NCBI GenBank assembly: GCA_951406725.2
Contig: OX597817.1
Location: 110,360,001 to 110,424,000 of the forward strand
Source: Octopus vulgaris
Taxonomy: Eukaryota
DNA: 64,000 bases
Direction of reading: 5' to 3'
Part shown: in pieces, positions 50,531-63,660 of the stretch
Layout of the letters: every line of letters begins with the position of its first letter
Position numbering within the stretch: position 1 is the stretch's first letter
Made by a program: the position numbers and the translations under genes
The notes under the pieces: model-generated
Databases searched by the model: none
Seen by the model: only the letters and a program-made list of their open reading frames with translations
Told to the model about the DNA's origin: nothing

Positions 50531-52435
50531 AAGTTTCTGGCACACACATGGGTCCTGTACACAGAAGACGTGTGAAGACTAGAGAGGAATGAAGCTAGTA
50601 TAAGAGGAATTAGATGCTGTATGCAGGAGAGAAGACTGTACTGGTTTGGTTGTGCAATGCTTATGGTTAAGGACAGATATATAAAGAAGTGCCAATCTCT
50701 TAAAGTGAATGGAACTTGTGGAAGAAGGAGACTTAGGAAGATGTGGGACCAAGTACTGAAGGTCATCTCAAGACCCTGGGCCTTACAAAGGAGATGACAA
50801 AGGACTCAGATATGTAGTACCTTGCTGTATTCAAGAAATCCTGTCCACCATTGCAGAATTGGTATCCTAAACCACCTTGGTTAACACTTGTCCAATGCTC
50901 ACCTGCATATTACCTGCCTTGTCAATCATTCCCCCTCCACCTTTATCCTTGAACATCCATTACTTTTCTATCATTTGTTTCACAGTTACCTCCTTCCCCA
51001 CCTCAAACCATTTCCCATTATCTTCCCTTGCCTAATGTCTCCACCAAGCACTGCCATTTTTGTGCCTTCTCTCCCTTGGTGTTCTCCATCATTAACACCT
51101 CACTTATTGGCTATCACCCTCAGTGCTTTTACAAGCCTACCCCAACTTCTGCCCCTGAGCATCTCCTATATTTCACTCCATCATTCACCTCTACTATGCT
51201 TACCCACCCAGTCTAAACCTTTCTATCTCACCACCCATTATGTCACTCAATGGTATGTACCAACACATCTTCACCACCATCTCTCTCACTATTTCTCTCT
51301 TTATCTTATTCTCTAACCCACCCTCCTTTCCTTTTTCAACTGGAGTATTCATGTATCTACTTTACAGCAGGACATCTACCCTAGTCCTATCTTCTAATCT
51401 CTCATGAGCTGGCACAAAACCACACCCATCCCACCTCACTACTACTCCTTCTTCCTAGCCGAGGTGGGGTTTTTGTCTTGCAAGTTACTCAGTTACTCTG
51501 TCAGTGCTAGAACCATATAAAAAGCACTGGTGCTGGTACCATGTAAAAAGCACCCAAGACACTCTGTAGAGTGGTTGCTCTAAGAAGTGCATCCTGTGAT
51601 AGAAACCATACCAAAACAGACAATGGAGCCTGGTGTAAGCCCCAGCCTTACAAGCTCCTGTCAAAACAATCAACCTATGCCAGCATGGAAAACGGACATT
51701 AAATGATGATTTTTATATATATATATATATATATCTAAATCAAAATCAAAATCAAATCAGATATCAGAAAGCAGAACCAAAATCGAAGTCGATCAACATG
51801 AATGGAAATTGCAGCTGTGATACCAGTGCCGGTGACAAGTAAGCGAACCATCCAATCGTGGCCGTTGCTAGCACCGCCCCGACTGGTCTCCGTGCTGGTG
51901 GCACGTAAAAAGCACCATCCATTCGTGGCTGTTGCCAGCCTTGCCTGGCCCCTGTGCCAGTGGCACGTAAAAAGCACCATCCGATCGTGGCCGTTGCCAG
52001 CCTCGCCTGGCACATAAAAAGCACCCACTACACTCACGGAGTGGTTGGCATTAGGAAGGGCATCCAGCCGTAGAAACACTGCCAGAACAGACTGGGCCTG
52101 ATGCAGCCTTCTGGCTTGCCAGACCCCAGTTGAACCGTCCAACCCATGCTAGCATGGAAAGCGGACGCTAAATGATGATGATATATATATATATATATAT
52201 GTATACACACACTTTTATTTGTTTTAGTCATTTGACTGTGGCCATGCTGGAGCACTGCCTTGAAGGATTTTGTTGAACAAATCGACCCCAGGACTTATTC
52301 TAAGTCTAGTACTTATTCTGTCAGTTTCTTTTGTCGAACTGCTAAGTTACAGGGATACAAACACACCAACACCAGTTGTCAAGCTGTGATGGGGAGTGTA
52401 CAAATACAGACACACACTCACACACAGATATATTA

Positions 52436-53279
52436 CATAGAAAAATATGAGCAAGAGAAATAATATTCTTAGGGTTATAAACCTGGAAAAGTACAGGACA
52501 AGTTCTTACACTTGGAAAAGTTCAGGACAAATCATTACTTCTAGTAAAGCAGAGAAAAGAAAAATTTTACTTAAAATATTTCAAGCTAAGGATAACATTT
52601 CAAATAAAATATTTAGATTTAGAAAATATTAGCTTTTATTAAAACTAAAAAATTTATTACAAGTTATTACTTCTATTTGTTATTACTTGTTACTTCTATT
52701 CAAAATAAAAAATAACTCAAAATATTTTTTGCACCTTAAAATTATTCATTTTTTAAAATTATTAATTAATAATTAGAAATTTGAAAATAGGTTATAAAAA
52801 TAATAGTAGTACACAATTAGTTAGTACAATAAATAGAATAATACAAAAATTAGTTATATATTAAAATCTGCCTATAACAACAAATTCACAGTAAAATTTG
52901 CTTGAGTTATTGCCTAAGTTATTGCCAAGTCTTCACATTTTTAGTCTTGACCAAGTGCCTATTTTTTACATAATGAATTTACCTACCATATATACTATTC
53001 TACTTTACATAAAACTTTAGCTATATTGGTACTTCTGACTCTCATTTTTTAAGTATTCTAGTGTGTCAATATTTTAACAAAATGATGGTATCTTTTTTAA
53101 TTATAATGTTACTTTATAAATCAAAATCAAATAATTTTTAATATTCAAAATTTATCCTTAGCTGCAATATTTCAAGTAAAAATTTTCTTGTTCTCAACTT
53201 TACCAGATGTAATAACTTGTCCTGAACTTTTCCAGGTTTATAATCTTAAGAATATTTCTTTTGCTCACATTTTTCCATG
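52436..53279. mobile_element. TA-flanked non-autonomous DNA transposon with TIRs of about 150-170 bp
   Basis: CATAGAAAAATATGAGCAA... / ...TTGCTCACATTTTTCCATG; AT-rich interior. Confidence 0.75.
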
Positions 53280-54199
53280 TAATCCATGTTTTTTTTCAGG
53301 CTATGTTATTATGCTAATTAATAATGTGTCAATTAGCAGTGTTGTTGATAATTTTCTCCTTAATTCAATGATGCCGGTGACATATATTAAAAGTCCCCTT
53401 AAAAAGGTATAGAACTATATTATCACCCTCAACTTTGAGAAACAAACACTCGTAACTTTATTCTTTTAAAAACTTCATTGCATGAGATTGATACCACAAA
53501 ATTTTTCAAATTGAGCTCTATCATTTTCAGGTACTGAAAACAGTTCTTCGACTACCCCTTAGTCTCAAGTTCACATATATACAACTATATGCATATATAT
53601 ATATGTATGTATATAAACTCTGTAAAGTGGTTGATTAGAGGAAAGGCATTCAGCTGCAGAAACAAAGCTGAACTGAAATGTATGAGAAAAATGTTGTCCT
53701 TGTCTGCCTGCATAGGAGGGTAGTACTAGCTTCAAATAAGAACTGACTCAGACTGACAACCTGCCCAACCCATACCAGCCTAAGAAGTAGACTTTGCAGT
53801 AGCCAACATGGCTGCCCCCTTCTTTAACCCTTTAACATTTAAACTGGCCATATCCAGCCCAAATATTCAACCTGTTTGATTTCATTTCACAGTGAAGGTT
53901 GTAAGCATAACACTAGAACATATTTCATCATGTTTAAAGAATATCTCGATTTTGTTCCAGTTAGATTTTTGTAAAAGTGTAACACAATGACTGGTGTCTT
54001 GTTTCAGTCATTAGATTGTGACCATGCTGGGGCACCATCTTGAAGGGTCTAATTGAACAAATCAACCCCAGTCCTTGATTTCTTTTAAGCCTGGTACTTA
54101 TTGTATCATCTTCGTTTTACCATGCTAAATCATGGGGATGTAAACAAACAAGCACTGGTTATCAGTCAGTGGTAGAGAACAAACACAAGACCCCTCAGT

Positions 54200-54664
54200 T
54201 TTAGACACAGCAAATGATTTTAGCTCAGTAGAGGCCGTTGATTGGTTAAAATTCGAAAAATTAAACTACGTTAAACTTACAAATTACAATTTTCTCAAGA
54301 AAGCCAAGAGAAAAAAAATGTTTTATTTTGACACATTCTACCAGTATACGAAGTTTAAAAGTGTTTAGTTAACTAGAAATTGTGTTGGAAACTGCCGTTC
54401 AAAAGGAAAAGATCCCCAATCTGTTTCTTAAACGAGGGACATATTCATACGGCACAGAATGTTTTTTTTTACCTCAATACACGTCACTGATTGGTTGAAA
54501 TTGTAGAAAAAAAACAACAAATATCTTACAAACCATAGAATTTTTTTCAATAAAGCCAAGAGAAAAGGATGTTTCATAAACACATTCTACCAGTATACGA
54601 AGTTTAAAATTTTTTAGTTACCTAGAAATTATGTTAAAAACTGCTGTTCAAACCGAAAAGATCC
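54200..54664 (+). mobile_element. Two tandem right-arm fragments of the GGATC-terminal MITE family
   Basis: ACACATTCTACCAGTATACGAAGTTT...GAAAAGATCC ending at 54415 and 54664. Confidence 0.7.
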
Positions 54665-55468
54665 TATGTATATATATCGGGAAAAAAGTTAGGGACGAGT
54701 TTAAATTATCCCCGTTCAAACGAATAATTGCCCAAATTTCAAGGTGGGCTCTGACCGAAACTCCAGAACTCACTTTTCTCTTCACATTGTGTCTTAATTT
54801 GCAGATTTTCACCTTTTTTCTTCTTCTTATTTCCTTCATGAACTCACACCATCGCTTAATCTCATCGTTATCTACGTTTTCCTTGATGATGAAAAAAAAA
54901 ATAAGGATGGAATTTCTGACCATAGTACTAAGGACATTGCGAACAATAAGTATCGATTATCTCGACTAACATGAAAGATCAGTGTCCCCTCACCACTACC
55001 CCTCATTTTGCTTGATATATAAAAAAAAAATATATTACAGCTTTAAAAATAAAAATATAAAAATAGCCAGCTACATCTTTAAATCAGTAATTTTCCCGTA
55101 AGTTGTGTAAAAAAAAAAAGCCAAGGAAAATAAACTTTGAAAGTTTTATAACTTGTCTTCACAAACCAAATGGACATTTTGGTTATCAGGTCATAAAGTA
55201 GAACATATCTGTCTTGAACATAGACATTCCTTATGGAAGGGAAAATGATATAATGGTACTAAAGAAACCGATAAATAAATAAATAAAAACCTATATGCGA
55301 AATAAGATTATTAAAGTAGTTCTATGTAAAATCTAAACTGGAATCAACTATTTTAGTATATAAACGAACAAAGCAAAAGAAAAAAAAAGTTGTGTTTATT
55401 TTTCTATTAATGTAACATTTAGTTATCCATTTCTTGTTTTTGGTTGATTAATCACAAAAGTCTCTACA

Positions 55469-55697
55469 TCAGTCGACCGTTGCAGTATCACCACTCCACA
55501 GACACACACACACACACTAAGTCGCTTTCTCTCTCGTGTAGAAAAGTTAATAGCAGTATTCCGTGGCCATTTTATTTTTTTTTCTGTGCGAGTGAACGTT
55601 GCTTTAACTCCTGTTTATATACTGGTGACGCCGTTCTGTCTGGCCACAACCACCATTTCTGCTTCTGTATCGTAAACCACGATCTTTCTGGGTAGGA
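55469..55697 (+). promoter_or_regulatory. Candidate promoter / non-coding first exon (Inr-like TCAGTC at 55469; donor TGG|GTAGGA after 55691)
   Basis: CpG-enriched unique sequence, initiator-like motif and donor site. Confidence 0.4.
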
Positions 55698-56109
55698 AAG
55701 AAAGAAATAGTAAAAAAAGGTTTCAGCTCTCCCCAGTGGCGACTAACTGTTGCAGTTTGTGATTAAGAATTGAATCGTAGTTTTTTCTTTCTTTTTGTAT
55801 TTTGTTAGAAGCTAGGTTATTTTCACATTGAAACTACATTCCTTAGTATTGTTCTCATCTGTTACGAATAAAATTTTTTTAAAACCCTGCTCAACTTATG
55901 ATATATTTGTGCTAATCTCAAACAAGTCTTTCTGTCGTACGTAGGTCCTCTATTTAGTATTTATATTGATCACCTTTAATTTCGCCAATTGATTGGAATT
56001 ATGGTTCGCTAAGGAGTTCCAATAAGAACGAAACTTGCCTGATGCTATCACCAGTTGACTTTATTGAGGAAGTTGTTCACTAATTGCTTGATGATCTAAT
56101 ATGGAACTG

Positions 56110-56460
56110 GTGGTGACATGGCTCAGTGGTTAGAGCGTCGAGCTTACGATCGTGAGGTTGTGAGTTTGATTCCCGGACCAGGCTGTGTTGTGTTCTTAAG
56201 AAAGACTCTTTATTTCACGTTGCTCCAGTTCACTCAGCTGTAGAAATGAGTGACATCACTGGTGCCAAGCTGTATCGGCCTTTGCCTTTTCCTTGGATAA
56301 CATCGGTGGTATGGAGAGGGGAGGCTGGCATGCATGGGCAACTGCTAGTCTTCCATGAAAACAACCTTAGGTTGTGCATTCGGCAGTGAGGTGACTTTCT
56401 GCCCAAAGTTGTACCCTGGAGGGGAACCACTTAGGTACACCCATGGTCATTCATGACCAA
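56110..56460 (+). mobile_element. tRNA-derived SINE, family C
   Basis: A box TGGCTCAGTGG, B-box-like GTTTGATTCCC, same body as the 49302 copy. Confidence 0.8.
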
Positions 56461-56509
56461 TGGAGTCGAGGTGGCAACAATTATAAGAAGTTCATTGTTT
56501 CTGAACCCA

Positions 56510-57200
56510 GAACCTGGAAATCTTCTAGAGTTTTTTTTTTATTCTTTCAGTAGTTATCAATGAGTTGATGGGTAAAATTTAACCTAAAATGTGACTATAT
56601 TTTGAAAAGGAGCAACTCTTTCATCAGTGGAAAGGATGAACATATCCATAGTTGGTGTACAAGTTGGCATTTTTTTCCTGACATTCTTCTTGAAGTTGTC
56701 TTTAACAGCAAACACCATATCATTGGTCTTGCATTTTTCTGGAAGCTACAATGACTTGCTGGTGGGATACCCCACTCAAGGTGTGCCATAAGGTGACTGA
56801 GCAGCACATTGGCCAGAATCTTACCTGTGAGACCTGACAGTTACCTTTTTTTTTTTTCACTTGTAAAGGAGGCTGATGAATGCTTCTTTGAAGTCCTGAG
56901 GAACAATTTCATCCTACCAAATAAGTTGGCACAGGTCATGAAGTTTCTCTGTTAAAGCTAATCTACATTCTTGGTAGATTTTAGCAGGGAATGAGTCTGA
57001 ACCTGGTGCTTTGTTACAGGATAGCAAACATGTTGCATTTTGCAGCTTCACCAAAGCTGGAGTGGTATCCAGTTTCCCATCAATTAAAACCTGAGCAAAC
57101 TGGTTGATGGCTTCATCATTGACAGTAAAAGGGTTATATGAGTATGCTGTTAAAATCTTCCACCCATCTTTCAAGAATTTTCTCTTTGTCAGTGGTAAGT
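56510..57200 (-). mobile_element. Degraded LINE (RTE-like, different subfamily) RT region
   Basis: KAPGSDSFPAKIYQECRLALTEKLHDLCQLIW and a following GKILA segment. Confidence 0.7.
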
Positions 57201-58364
57201 ATTGAACTAATTACACTTCATAGACTTTATTTAGGCTACTGTGGAAACGTGAAGAAATGCACACATACATGTGCACAAAGGTACTTTCACACTTGGTGTG
57301 TATGTATGCAAGGTGTCTAATGGGTTAGAAAGTGATAGATTTAGAGATTTACCAAATGTATGTGGTGTAAAGTTGCATGCAAACAAGCAGTGAAAATGGA
57401 GGCTTTTTCTATAGAAGTGCTGTTCACAGAACCATTGCAATTGAGAAGTAAAGAAAAGAAAGATACTGAAAACTTAATGGAGTTCCTTTTGACAAGGACA
57501 AGCAGAAGAGTTTGTGAGTTTTGCAAAACTTGGAATCATTTTTCACAGTTTGGATAGTGATCTTGCAAAATAAATACTACTCAAATTTGGGGAAAGGGTT
57601 ACTTTTCAAGCATTGTAGCTTTTCTTTTTTATGTAGACTTATAGTTATGATAATGTGTATATTCAGTCATGTTTGTGTGTGTCTGTTATAAGTAGACATT
57701 TATTTCTCTCTCTGCCCATCCCTAGACAACCTTTCAGTGTTTCAGTGAAATTCAGGCATAGCAGGTAACTTGCCTTTTAGCCTCTATAAAAATTGTTTTC
57801 TTTTTCATCATGGGTACCCCGTATCCACTAGTATATAATGATGTAGCTGTATTGTCAAGCAGTAATTCTATTTATGTGTATTGTACACACACAGACACAC
57901 ACACACATTTTTTATACTGCTTTTATCTGACAATTAATTTGCTGTCATTGTTAGTTAATATTTTTGCTTTCTCTACTTGATATTATTCTTCTTGCTTTGT
58001 TCAAGTTTGGGAGAATGTTTTCTTCCCCCCCGCCTTTTAGTTTGTACACGTTTTGGAAAAGAATTACAAGGTAGCTGCAGGTGGAATGTCAAAAAAAAAA
58101 AAAAAAATTAGAATCCAGTTCTTATTCTGCTTGATATTGGTGGCATGATATAATGTACTTAGTCCATGCCAGAAAATGATTGATGATAGGAAGGCCATCC
58201 AGATATATGATGTACACAACAGAATTTGGCACATTTTGTTGCAGGTGTGTGCCAAATGATGTAGAATCATGACAGATGGCAAGATACTTTGATATCTCTT
58301 TAACCCTTACCAATGTAGAAACAAAACAAATCTAAAATGATGACAATGATTACAAAAACAATTA

Positions 58365-58425
58365 CTCTCTCTCTCTCTCTCTCCCTCTCTCTCGCTCTCT
58401 CTCTCCCTCTCTCTCGCTCTCTCTC
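58365..58425. repeat. Interrupted (CT)n microsatellite
   Basis: Direct reading. Confidence 0.9.
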
Positions 58426-58839
58426 ATATTCAGATATTGAAACTTTATCTGGTCTTTTCAATGCAATCTCTTAACTGATTAACCATTAGAAACAGAATAT
58501 CAAATATACTGGTTCTTGTTTATGTTACAGGAATTGAAATTTAAAAAAGAAAATAACAGTTATTCTCTTTATGGTTTATATAACTCTAAAACTAATTTAG
58601 AACAGAATTAGAAATAATTTCTCAAAGAATTCAGCAAATAATTTTATGTAACTGACAGTTACTACTTTCTTTCAATAAATAAAATTTCTAAGCTTTAAAC
58701 AAGATTGTTTTGTGAGGAGATGAGAATTCTGACATTTTGTACATGGTTTTTTAATTCTGGTGATTTTATTAACTGTTACTCTTTTTTTAATCTTTTATTT
58801 GTTTCAGTCATTTGACTGTGGCCATGCTGGAGCACCGCC

Positions 58840-59727
58840 GGATCTTTTCAATTCTGAAGCCAGGACCACAGATCTTTCTACTTAACTAAATATTCTGAAA
58901 CTTCGTATGCTGATAGAGTCTAGCAAAACAAGACACAGGTTGGAACTAGTTTATTTGAGAAAAATCTATTTTATGACTTTAATCGTAGATTAAAACTGCG
59001 AATTTTAACCAATCAGATTGTTTGTTTTCATGTGTAAAACTTGACTGCATTCTATTAGTGTGACGTAGAAAGCGCTTTTGTGACGTACTGACGTTCGGAA
59101 AACTGTAAACAAACACAGAACGTAACGGCAGACGAAATACGGCTACGCATTTCGCCCGGCGTGCTAACGTTTCTGCCAGCTCTTTGCTTTTTTAATATTA
59201 AATTTCTTGCCTTTTGCACAAATAAATACAATAAGTGAAATGAAACGCATTAGCTTAGAAACAAAATCTTGTTAGAAGCCTCGTCACTGAGATGCCACTT
59301 CTTAATAGCAAACGAAAGCAAGTACTAACAGAATGGAAACATTTTCAATTTAATACATGTGGCTTATTAACTAGTTTTAAATATTGTTATTAGAAGGTGG
59401 CTGACTATAGGATCCTGGAAACATGAGTACGTTAAATAATTAGAAGGAGATTTCACGGAGACATGCGGCTTGTTTACATTTAAGATGTTTAATACGTCAC
59501 CAAATTGGTGGTCGAGACGGAGTAAATAAAATAAAGCCGAATGACGGAATATCATTGGTTAAAATTCTAATTATTAAACAACGTTAAACTTAGAAGTTAC
59601 AATTCCGTTTTCATTCTGGTTTACAATTAAGTTTACTTTTGACACATTCTACCAGTATACGAAGTTTCAAATTGTTTGGTTCAGTAGGAAAAATTTGAAA
59701 AAACTGGCTTCAGAATTGAAAAGATCC
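58840..59727. mobile_element. Merlin-like non-autonomous transposon inserted into a family-A SINE
   Basis: Perfect 24-bp TIR GGATCTTTTCAATTCTGAAGCCAG; exact 8-bp TSD GCACCGCC at 58832-58839 and 59728-59735; the SINE resumes seamlessly after it. Confidence 0.88.
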
Positions 59728-60634
59728 GCACCGCCTTTAGTCGAGCAAATCAACCCCAGGACTTATTCTTTGTAAGCCTAGTACTTATTCTATCAGTCTC
59801 TTTTGCCGAACCGCTAAGTTACTGGGATGTAAACACACCAGCATCAGTTGTCAAGCGATGTTGGGGGAACAAACACAGACACACAAACATATATACACAC
59901 ATATACATACATACATATATGTATAAAAAATATATATAAAAATACAAAATGGGACAAGAACGCAAAACATTCAAATAGACGACACAAAAAAACGGACGGG
60001 TTATTCGAAGCCTCTAAGCTTCAGTCAAGAACCGGATCATCCTCGCAATTTCAGCTGATTAATCTTGAGATCGCTCCGATCCGGCCAGCCCCAAGGAAAA
60101 ACTAAGCTACGATTTCTTGGAAAAAGGATCGAATGTATACGAAACAAGGACAGAAAAACAGACAATGCCACACAAATATAAATACAAAAAACAATAATAA
60201 TAATATGACAAAAACAACAGGCGTCTTTCGATTTTAGACAGTTCAACTTAGCTTAGCTGGCGTATTTGGAAAATAATGCCTTACGGCAGACGAAATAATT
60301 GATGTTGTCGTGGCGGTGTTCAGAAGTCGAAAGGCTAGTTGACCGGTGGTCACGTGAGAAGAGAAGAGAGAGAAAAAAAGGGGGCAAAGGAATCAAAAAG
60401 AGGGGGAGAAGAGAGAGAAAGAAGGAATTACACACACATATATACGATGGGCTTCATTCAGTTTCCGTTTACCAAATCCACTCATAAGGCTTTGGTTGGC
60501 CCGAGGCTATAGTAGAAGACACTTGCCCAAGTTGCCACGCAGTGGGACTGAACCTGGAACCATGTGGTTGGTAAGCAGGCTACTTATCACACAGCCACTC
60601 CTGCGCCTGTTGTTTTAACTCTGTAGCATAATCC

Positions 60635-61376
60635 AGTACATTATTGACAAGAAAAAAAAGAATTGAATCACTTTAATGAGAAGCTTGTGCCTGGTGACTA
60701 TGGCAGATCTCCTTGATCTGAGGAAACAATTTTGTTAGCTTCAACTGTAAATCACCACATTTTATAATTTCAAGTCTGCTTATCTTGGCTCAAAGTAAAT
60801 TGTCAACTGTTTAACAGGCCATATCCAGCCCAAATATTCTACTTGTTTTATGTTAAAACTGGCCAAATACAGTCTCTTACACCTACCATACAATCTTATA
60901 CTAAAAGTAAATCCCATAATCAAAATCTCAAAGCTACAACATAATGCATGATTAATTCATAACAATGTGAATAAATAAGATTTACATTTGCCAGACTAAT
61001 CTGATTGCTAAAGGGTTAACCTTAAAGACAATCATTCCATAGCCATTTTGTTTTTTTTTCCTTACTGGAGTCAGTGAATGTTACTAGAACTACATCATCC
61101 AATGTGTCCCCTGCTTTTTTTCTTTTTAAAGTGCGTAAAGCTGTGATTTCCAACATGGGGCATGAGATCCATAATTTTTTTTTCTATTTTTTAGCCTTTT
61201 TGGTTGAGTATAGCTTTAGTACTGTTGACAATTTACTTTGAACCAAGAGAAGCAGACTTGAAATTATAAAATGCGGTGATTTACCGTTAAAGCTAACAAA
61301 ATTGTCTCCTCAGATCAAGGAGATCTGCCATAGCACAAACTTCTCACTTTTTTATTTTGCTTGTCAATAATGTACT
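60635..61376. repeat. Inverted repeat, arms about 155-175 bp
   Basis: 60635-60810 vs 61221-61376, e.g. CTATGGCAGATCTCCTTGATCTGAGGA / TCCTCAGATCAAGGAGATCTGCCATAG. Confidence 0.85.
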
Positions 61377-62530
61377 TTTTTCTTGAACACAATACTTAAT
61401 AAAAGAATTACCAGTATATTTTTTTGTATTAAATAATTGTGATAAAATATTAAAAATGAAATTGTTTTTTCCCAACTACTTGTAGGGGATACATTTTTGG
61501 AGAAAGCTATAGTGGGGCCAGGGGCAAAATAGTTTGGGAAATACTGGTGTAAGATGTTATTTCAGAGAGAATTAGCTATTTGCAATAGGGTGAAAAACTA
61601 CATTGAGATGTCCTTGCCAGCCTGTTATTTTCTTGTTTTTTGGTTGTTTTGTTTTTATGTTGGTGTAGACCATCACTAGATACTTTAGGTCTACTTTTAT
61701 GACATTTTCAGTTTTTATAAGACTTCTTTTTCTTAGTCTTTTGTTAGGATTTCTCTTGGTTGCTCTTTCTGTTAATCTTTTGATTCCTCTTGGTATTATC
61801 CCCCTCACCCCACTCCCTAATACAGTTCCTGTAGTCAATTTTTTTACATACACCCACATATGAAAGAATGATAATAAAAAAAAAATCCACAATGATGTAA
61901 TATAAGACTGGTGATGACAACCAGAACTATGAAATAGCAGAATATTGAATGCCACTTGACAATAGTTAGATAAAAACTTGCAGAGGATGTTGTTGGGGTT
62001 TTTTTTCTTCTTTTCCCTTTTTTGTTTTTTTTTCAATCAAATGACAAGTGACATTGAAACTGTTGACCTAATGAATACCTTACCAAAACATTTATATAAA
62101 TGAATCTGTCATCTTGAAAACTATATTAAAAAAATGTATAAACACAGAAAGTTCATGGTAGAAACACGCAGCAGGTGCATGAACAACAAAGACAGTTTCA
62201 GTGGGAACTGGAACTAAAGCAAGAGAGGAGGCAAAGGTGATAAAAAATTAAGGGAAGGAAAGACAAGCCACCAGTGTGTGAGACTTTACATGGTGTGATC
62301 CACTTGCTAAATTTACACCTTACCAGCTCAAAGAAGGAAATAACACATTATATAGTTCTGTGCAGTTGTAATAATATGGGATGATCACAGTTGAAATATC
62401 TTTAACTCTTTGATACCAACCTGCCCTTGGTTAAATGGCACCAACTTTTTGTTTTAAAGAGAACTGAATAAAATTTCCCTAGAAAATTTCATGCCAATTT
62501 GTTTCAAACATCATCTTAATAACAAGGTTT

Positions 62531-62535
<5 letters not shown>

Positions 62536-62582
<47 letters not shown>
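62536..62582. repeat. (CA)n microsatellite
   Basis: Direct reading. Confidence 0.95.
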
Positions 62583-62584
<2 letters not shown>

Positions 62585-63152
62585 AGACTTCTTACAGTTT
62601 CCATCTACCAAATCCGTTTACATGGCCTTGGTCAGCCCAAGGCTATAGTAAGAAGATACTTGCCCAAGGTGCCACTCAGTGGTACTGAACGCTTGACTGC
62701 ATTGTTGGGAAGCAAGTTTCTCAACCTCATAGTCATGCCTCTACCTCTGTGTGTGTGTGTGTTTATAAGGCTGCCAATTGACTGTTGTTAGACCATCAGG
62801 TAGATTTCTTTGCAGTACCCATTCTGGCTCTCTGTGCTCTAAGTTCAAACTCCCCTGAACCCAACTTTGCCTTTTATCCTTTTGAGGTCCATAAATAAAG
62901 TACTTGGCCTGTATTGGGATTCATTCTTCTCTCTCTTACTCTACAAATTTGCTGTGCCAAGACACACCTTATGTTATGATGATGCCTTATGACACCATCA
63001 AGAAGAGCCCAAGGCAAAACACACACACTTCGATTTTTTTGTTGGGTAAGAAATGTAAATTGAAATTAATGAGAATAAAGCTGATTAGCCCATTCTTCAA
63101 CAAATTAGGAATCTCTGAAGATCCCTTACACTTTTTTTTTCTTCCTTTCTAG

Positions 63153-63462
63153 ATGCTTGTGCCTTCATTTGACCTCATTTGCTTCTTGGAGCAGTAAAAT
63201 TGGTGCCTCTTTCTAGTTTGATATTTATGGTACTTAACTGAGCTATATTGTGAAATGTTGTTGGTGGAGACACAATGTCTGAATGAGGTTCATTATTGTA
63301 AAGATTTCTTCAGATTTTAAAATGTAAATGGTAGCTATATTTACAACAAAGTTTCCTTTATGTGACTACAGCTGTGCTGATAATGGTACTAGCTCTGGTT
63401 TAGAGCTGGTGCCAGAGTGGGTGTTTCCTCTGCTAGCTCCTTTGCAGTAACAACAACAAATG
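63153..63462 (+). other. Probable 5'-UTR exon ending in a start codon (ATG|GTAAGC) of an unidentified gene continuing beyond the window
   Basis: Strong pyrimidine tract + AG at 63151-63152; A-rich context CAACAAATG at 63460-63462 immediately followed by a GTAAG donor. Confidence 0.55.
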
Positions 63463-63613
63463 GTAAGCACTAACAAAATTCAAGCTAGTGATACTTAACA
63501 AAGCTAAAATTAAAATCTAGAACTGAATAGGTGTGTGTGTGTTTGTCTGTTTAAAAAATATGTAAATGTGTATAAATGGGAGACAGAATACTCAATACAT
63601 GTAACTGTATATT

Positions 63614-63660
<47 letters not shown>

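Noticed and set aside
56110-56185. tRNA gene (also the heads at 2723, 29754 and 49302)
   Set aside because: A/B-box-like motifs are present, but I could not form a complete cloverleaf and each continues into a repeated SINE body.
60030-60100. Hammerhead-like topology on the minus strand (TCCT...GCTG...CAGC-T-GAAA...AGGA)
   Set aside because: No CUGAnGA core or compensated equivalent and no valid stem III/NUH triplet.
63448-63462. Stop-codon readthrough or editing fusing the 40-aa uORF to the downstream ATG
   Set aside because: TAA is the least leaky stop, the context is not the CARYYA motif, and recoding to TGG would need two edits; there is no supporting evidence.
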